From: Paraspadella gotoi
Lineage: Eukaryota > Animalia > Chaetognatha
DNA length: 40,160 bases
Direction of reading: 5' to 3'
Assembly: GCA_051294375.1 (NCBI GenBank)
Contig: CM119270.1
Coordinates: forward strand, 7,109,067 to 7,149,226
A program made the translations under genes and the position numbers. Below, piece after piece: positions 35,082 to 40,160 of the stretch (the first letter of the stretch is position 1; every line of letters begins with the position of its first letter). The notes under the pieces are model-generated. The model ran no database searches. It was not told the DNA's origin and saw only the letters and a program-made list of their open reading frames with translations.

Positions 35082-36275
35082 TTAGCAATATCGCCAGTCA
35101 TCCTGGCATCTTGAACTGTAGTCGACCACTGCGCTGGCTGCTGTTGTGACGACGATGATGGGGATGATGATGATGAGCAGGACGGAGATGATGACTCCAG
35201 CGATCGAGAGCCACATCGAGGTCTTTCCGCGACTGCGGGCTTCGTCCACGTTTCCTTTGAAAGGAAAGAGAAGAAAAGTGAAGAAAAGAAAAAATAAGGA
35301 AAAGAAAAGAAAGAAAAGAAAGGAAAAGAAAAGAAAAGAAAAGAAAAGAAAAGAAAAGAAAAGAAGAAAAAAGAAAATAGTAGTCAAGAAGTAAATGAAA
35401 TTTCAAAATTCCCCACAATTTTTCTTTTTTTTTTGCGATGAGGGGAGATCTTAAATAGCGTCTGCTCTCTCAGTCTTCTCCGTCTTTCACTTACCATCGT
35501 CATAGCTGCTGTCGGAAAGACAAGAAAATATCCAAGCGATGACACCCAAGGGACAGTTGCAAAAGAAAGTGACCAGAACGGCCAAGATCATGTAGTTTTC
35601 TGGCTTGCGGGCTTGCTGTTGCACGATGACGGTGCTACCAGGAACCATCATCGGTTGCATGCCGACTGCCACCGGCTGCACGTTGACCGTCCCCATGGGC
35701 TGCATGGTAGTGACCTGCGACACTGGCTGCATGTTATTGACCGGCGCCATTGGCTGCATGTTATTGGGCACCGGCTTTGGCTGCATGTTATCCGCCCCTG
35801 CGCGATAAAACAAAGAGAGCGATCACTCATCAGTAAGGCGTAGTGAAAGTTGCAGATCATAATTCGAATAGTTGATCATTAACAGTAGGGTGGAGCGATG
35901 AAAATATTGAGTGATTGAACATTATTTTTTTGCTGCCTATAGACATGTAATTAATAAATTAATATGCTTTTAAAGATATAAAAAAAACTTTTTAAATTTT
36001 TGACATTTTCTATGGTAAGTACTATATATAAATATGGGCGTATGCGAAAATTGAAAAATAATTTTTTTTCTTTAAAATTTTTGATTCTACTTGATTTTAA
36101 TATTTTTGCTACGCTTTACTCATCAGTCGGATGTGATCATTATAAGGTTAAGTAGTTCACAGAAGAACTCACCAGCTTGCGGGTAGTTGGGTTGCATTCC
36201 GTAGGGCGGGGGTTGCGGATATAGCCCTGTATCGCCTGGAGGCGGCGGCTGACCGTAGTATCCCGTTTGATTCAT
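35082..36275 (-). CDS. CD225/dispanin family protein (IFITM/PRRT1-like), long paralog with Pro/Gln-rich N-terminus, 3 coding exons, about 192 aa
   Basis: Exons 36275-36173, 35797-35495 and 35254-35082 join in frame (phase 1, donors gtgagt and gtaagt). CD225 pattern: PENYMILAVLVTFFCNCPLGVIAWIFS...YDDGNVDEARSRGKTSMWLSIAGVII. A 5'-UTR acceptor lies near 36359 and AATAAA on the minus strand at 35040-35035. Confidence 0.93.
35834..36118. mobile_element. Non-autonomous DNA transposon (MITE), hAT-like, 285 bp, 8-bp TSD, inside intron 1 of the long dispanin
   Basis: Exact direct repeat ctcatcag at 35826-35833 and 36119-36126. Terminal inverted repeats TAAGGCGTAGTGAAA ... TTTTGCTACGCTTTA. Confidence 0.75.
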
Positions 36276-37349
36276 TTTGTTTTGGGTTCGGTTATTCTCT
36301 GCTATTGGACTTTAGTCAATTATTAATTTTGTTCTTTAATGTCGCTTTAATGATATACCTGCAGATTAAAAATAATTATGTCAACGGTTGAGTTAGCCGG
36401 ATTTGTTGCCTCCTTGAACAAATATGAATTCATGTTGTTTGGTAAGGTATAAAATGATATGATATTGGATATGTATAAATAATAATTGTTTAAATATTCT
36501 GATGACAATAGTGTTGATGTGTGTCACTGTATCAAATTCTTGATATGAAACAAACTACTATAATAGTTTTGTAAAGTGTTGACTATTGAATATTTTTTTT
36601 TAATCGTATTTACAAACTTAATCTGTTGACTACATAAGGAAAAATATTCTCAACAACAAACAATTTTAACTAAAACTATTCAATATTGATTTTCGCCTCA
36701 TGTGACCGAATTCCCAAGCAAAAAAGGGAGCAACGCAAATTTAAAACATATCCTAACAAAAAAAAAAAGATTTGTACTGTTGCTTCGCGAGTAATAAAAG
36801 CGGAACTAACGAAAAAACCCACGATGAAAAAAAAAAGATGAAACAAGTATTTTTTTTGCATTTTTTTATTTCTATTAAAGAATCCATGGAGAGAAAAATA
36901 ATTGTTGACGCCTGTTTACTTCGATCTTACGTAGTGACGTCCAAAAAATCCAGGGATTGATATAAACCGAAATGATTTAGGAATGACGTCGACCCGAAAA
37001 GGAGGTAGAATGGATGACTTGGACGATGAATCGAAAACAAGAGTAAAGCGATAGTGATCGGCTGCTTATACTGACAGTACAATAAACAGTACAATAACCG
37101 AATCCGTCTCACCCTCTCGATTCCCTGCCCTGATCCACCTACGCAGTTTTATTCGCCCTTGAATCTCCGTCTCTCTCTCTCTCTCTCTTTCTCCGTCTAT
37201 CCGTCTCTCCGGTGCCACGAACCAATCCGAGTCACGAGACCCTTTTTTTTTCGGGTAACCTGCCCTAAAATTCGTGCGTCAATCGTCGGGGTCCCGGGCA
37301 TTTTTTCGTGTCCGTTTCTCCTTTTGTCTCCTTGGAAACAGAGATAAAC

Positions 37350-37471
<122 letters not shown>

Positions 37472-38067
37472 GAAGCCGCCTGACGATGCTTTCGAATCGT
37501 GCTTACTTTCTTAGCCGATAGTTGACGTGATCTCAAGGAACTAATGATTTCCCGCCAAAAAAATGGGAGCAGCCGCAGACGCCGCCTCGGTCGCCGACGC
37601 AGCCGCGGCTGTAGGACGCTCAAACACGACTATTTTACGACTACATTAAATATTTAATGAAATGATCAAAGTAATAGTTTCTTCCTCGCACTAACAGTTC
37701 ATAAAAGTCCCTATCCAGCCTTAAGACCCGTACTATTTGTTAGTTTTTTTTTGCGTGGAACAACGGAAATACAATCGTAATATATGACGATTGTTCTCGT
37801 ATTCTTAATGAAGTTTATTAATAATATATATTAATAACAATAAAAAATAAGAAATACAACGACGACAGTCATAACGAAGATGATACAAATCAAGCGACGA
37901 GGACGACGACGACGACAACAACAACAACTTCCTCCTCTGTCCTTCGTCAATTCGATGGATGATTGCCCACAAAGTCGTCGCTCTAAAGATCCGAGTTTCT
38001 TGGAAGAAAATTCGAATCCTTTGAGGTTCAATCTCCCAACTTGCCTCACCCGCCCCTTACCCGACCT

Positions 38068-38614
38068 ACAATGTTATATTTTGAAAACGGGCCCCCAGGT
38101 TAACGCCCTGCTCCTTCCTCTGCCCGGCTATCTCGTACATAATGTTATATTTTGAAAACGGGCGCCCCAGGTTAACGCCCCTGCTCCTTCCTCTGCCCGG
38201 CTATCTCGTACATAATGTTATTATTTTGAAAAATTGCCCCCAGGTTAAGCCACTGCCTTCCCGCTGCCCGGCTATCTCGTAAACAATGTTATATTTGAAA
38301 AAGGTTCTCGGTTAACGCCCTTCCTTCTCGCCGCCTATCTCGTAAACAATGTTATATTTTGAAAAAGGGCCCCAGGTTAACGCCCTGCTCCTTCCTCTGC
38401 CCGCCTATCTCGTACACAATGTTATATTTTGAAAAGGGCCCCCAGGTTAACGCCCTGCTCCTTCCTCTGCCCGCCTATCTCGTACACAATGTTATATTTG
38501 AAAAGGCCCCCAGGTTAACGCCCTGCTCCTTCTCTTGCCGCCTATCTCTACACAATGTTATATTTGAAAGGGCCCCAGGTTAACGCCCGCTCCTTCCTCT
38601 GCCCGCCTATCTCG
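38068..38614 (+). repeat. About 70-bp tandem minisatellite, 8 units
   Basis: Consensus acaatgttatattttgaaaagggcccccaggttaacgccctgctccttcctctgcccgcctatctcgtac, spacing 63-73 nt. Confidence 0.95.
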
Positions 38615-38829
38615 GATGCCCCCCCCCTCCGAACCCCACATCCATAGCCGACTCCTGGTTCGACCTCGGCGTCTGGAACCGAGGTTACCTCTTCACTCAT
38701 TATCCATTCATTTTTCACGTGAGGAAAGAAAGTGAATTAACAAGGTTTCACCTTCCAAGTTTTCCTCTGCGTCGAGTTTTAAATCGGGGTGTGTTGGACG
38801 TCGTGGGAAGGGGAGGTCGTTGTGGGCTC

Positions 38830-39272
38830 TCTTGTGTTGTCGTCTTGTGGCGTCCGTTGTGGTCGTCGTTGTTGTGGTACGTCGTGATTGTTGTGTCGTT
38901 CGTTGTGACTTTCGTCATTGTGGGCGTCGTCGTTGTGGTCACGTCGTTGTGATGTTGTCGTTGTCGTTCGTCGTTGTGATTGTCGTCTTTGTGGTCGTCG
39001 TCGTTGTGGTCGTCGTCGTTGTGACTGTCGTCATTGTGGTCGTCGTCGTTGTGGTCGTCGTTGTGGTCGCGACGTTGTGATCGTTCTCGTTGTGGTCGTC
39101 GTCGTTATGGTCGTCGATATTGTAGGCGTCGTTGTGATTGTTATCGTTGTAGCCATCGTTGTTGTGGGTTGTTCGTTGTGGCGCTCTTCATTGTAGGTGT
39201 GTGCGTTGTTATTTGTCGTCGTTGCGGGCGTCTTGTTGTTGTGGCGTCTTGGTGATCATCGACCTTCTCATA

Positions 39273-39303
<31 letters not shown>

Positions 39304-39306
39304 TCG
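38830..39306 (+). repeat. (GTC/GTT/GTG)-rich low-complexity repeat
   Basis: Recurring gtcgtcgttgtg motif that generates poly-V/R/T pseudo-ORFs. Confidence 0.9.
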
Positions 39307-40160
39307 ACGGTCTTCGCTGTCAACCTTGACGTTATCGTCTTCTTAATAATTTCTTTCAAGTTCGTCTGCAACTGACAATCGATGTATTTGTTTTTAAAAA
39401 CGGGAATGAAACAATAGTAACTCTTTACTTAATGCTACATACAATTGAGTCAACCACATCATCAATATCGCCAATATTAATAGGATCAACGTTATCATCA
39501 ACTCATGGAATCATCAGAAGCTGAAACTACATCATCATCATCATCATTATCATTATCATCGTCATCATCATCATCGTCGTCGTCATTATCATCGTCGTCG
39601 TCTCCGTCGTCGTCCTCAACCTATGAATCTTGTTAAGTTTAAAAATAATTTAATATAACTATGGTTAACTAAAACATTCAACCGAGTCTATTGGTCAGAA
39701 TTTTCATCCCCGATTCGTCGCCATAAAATCATAAACTCTATTTTCCTATCTCTTTTTCTTTTCTTTTTTTTTTTTCCTCTCTTAACCCGATGATCGTTCA
39801 TCGTTTCCCGATTTCGCTTCAGGTGAGATGATCCCTTTTTCAAGATGGCGCCGGCTCCGAGCGTCTCCGCGAGAGAAGATCGAGGGAGGACGTGGAAAGA
39901 AAAGGGAAGAAGGAATTGGGGAGAAGTGAGAGAGAGTAACTAGGAGTGATAGAGTGATAGAGCTAGGAATTCAAGATAGAGTAAGAGGGAGGACTGAGGA
40001 GTGAGATAGAAAAAAATGTTGAGGAAATTGGAGGGAAACAAAAAAGGAAAAAAGAAGTAAATTAGGAAGTAAAGGAAAGAAAAGGAAAGATAAAGATATA
40101 GCCTATATTATAGTGGGAATTATTATAGGAAATAAATATTATTTATTATAATAGGATTAG

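Noticed and set aside
39841-39943. caagATGGCG YY1-like motif as the start of a gene
   Set aside because: The frame closes after about 32 codons in purine-rich low-complexity sequence with no clear donor site.

Overview
Eukaryotic genomic DNA, probably from an invertebrate animal. It is AT-rich, has GT-AG introns, is packed with (GA/TC)n and (GAC/GTC)n microsatellites, and contains three N gaps. Most ORFs in the supplied track are microsatellite artefacts. Four membrane-protein genes can be reconstructed by hand: (1) a 4-exon MFS transporter of the ZIFL1/YCR023C-like DHA1 type (4159-6508, +); (2) an 835-aa single-coding-exon XK-related (Xkr scramblase-like) protein that appears to hold two tandem XK-like modules, the second degenerate (10782-13289, +); (3, 4) a tandem pair of 3-exon CD225/dispanin genes (33488-34368 and 35082-36275, -), one with a PPPY-bearing N-terminal extension and one without. 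Also present are two non-autonomous DNA transposons with exact 8-bp target-site duplications (hAT-like; one is a 614-bp fold-back palindrome), a 59-bp GGAAT-based satellite, a 70-bp minisatellite and degenerate TTAGGG-like repeats. A 7-kb rearranged duplication (17.5-24.7 kb) is most likely a gap-filling assembly artefact. No rRNA, tRNA or CRISPR array is supported. The best candidate for something undescribed is the double-XK protein. All family assignments are from motif recognition by eye and need HMM or structure confirmation.
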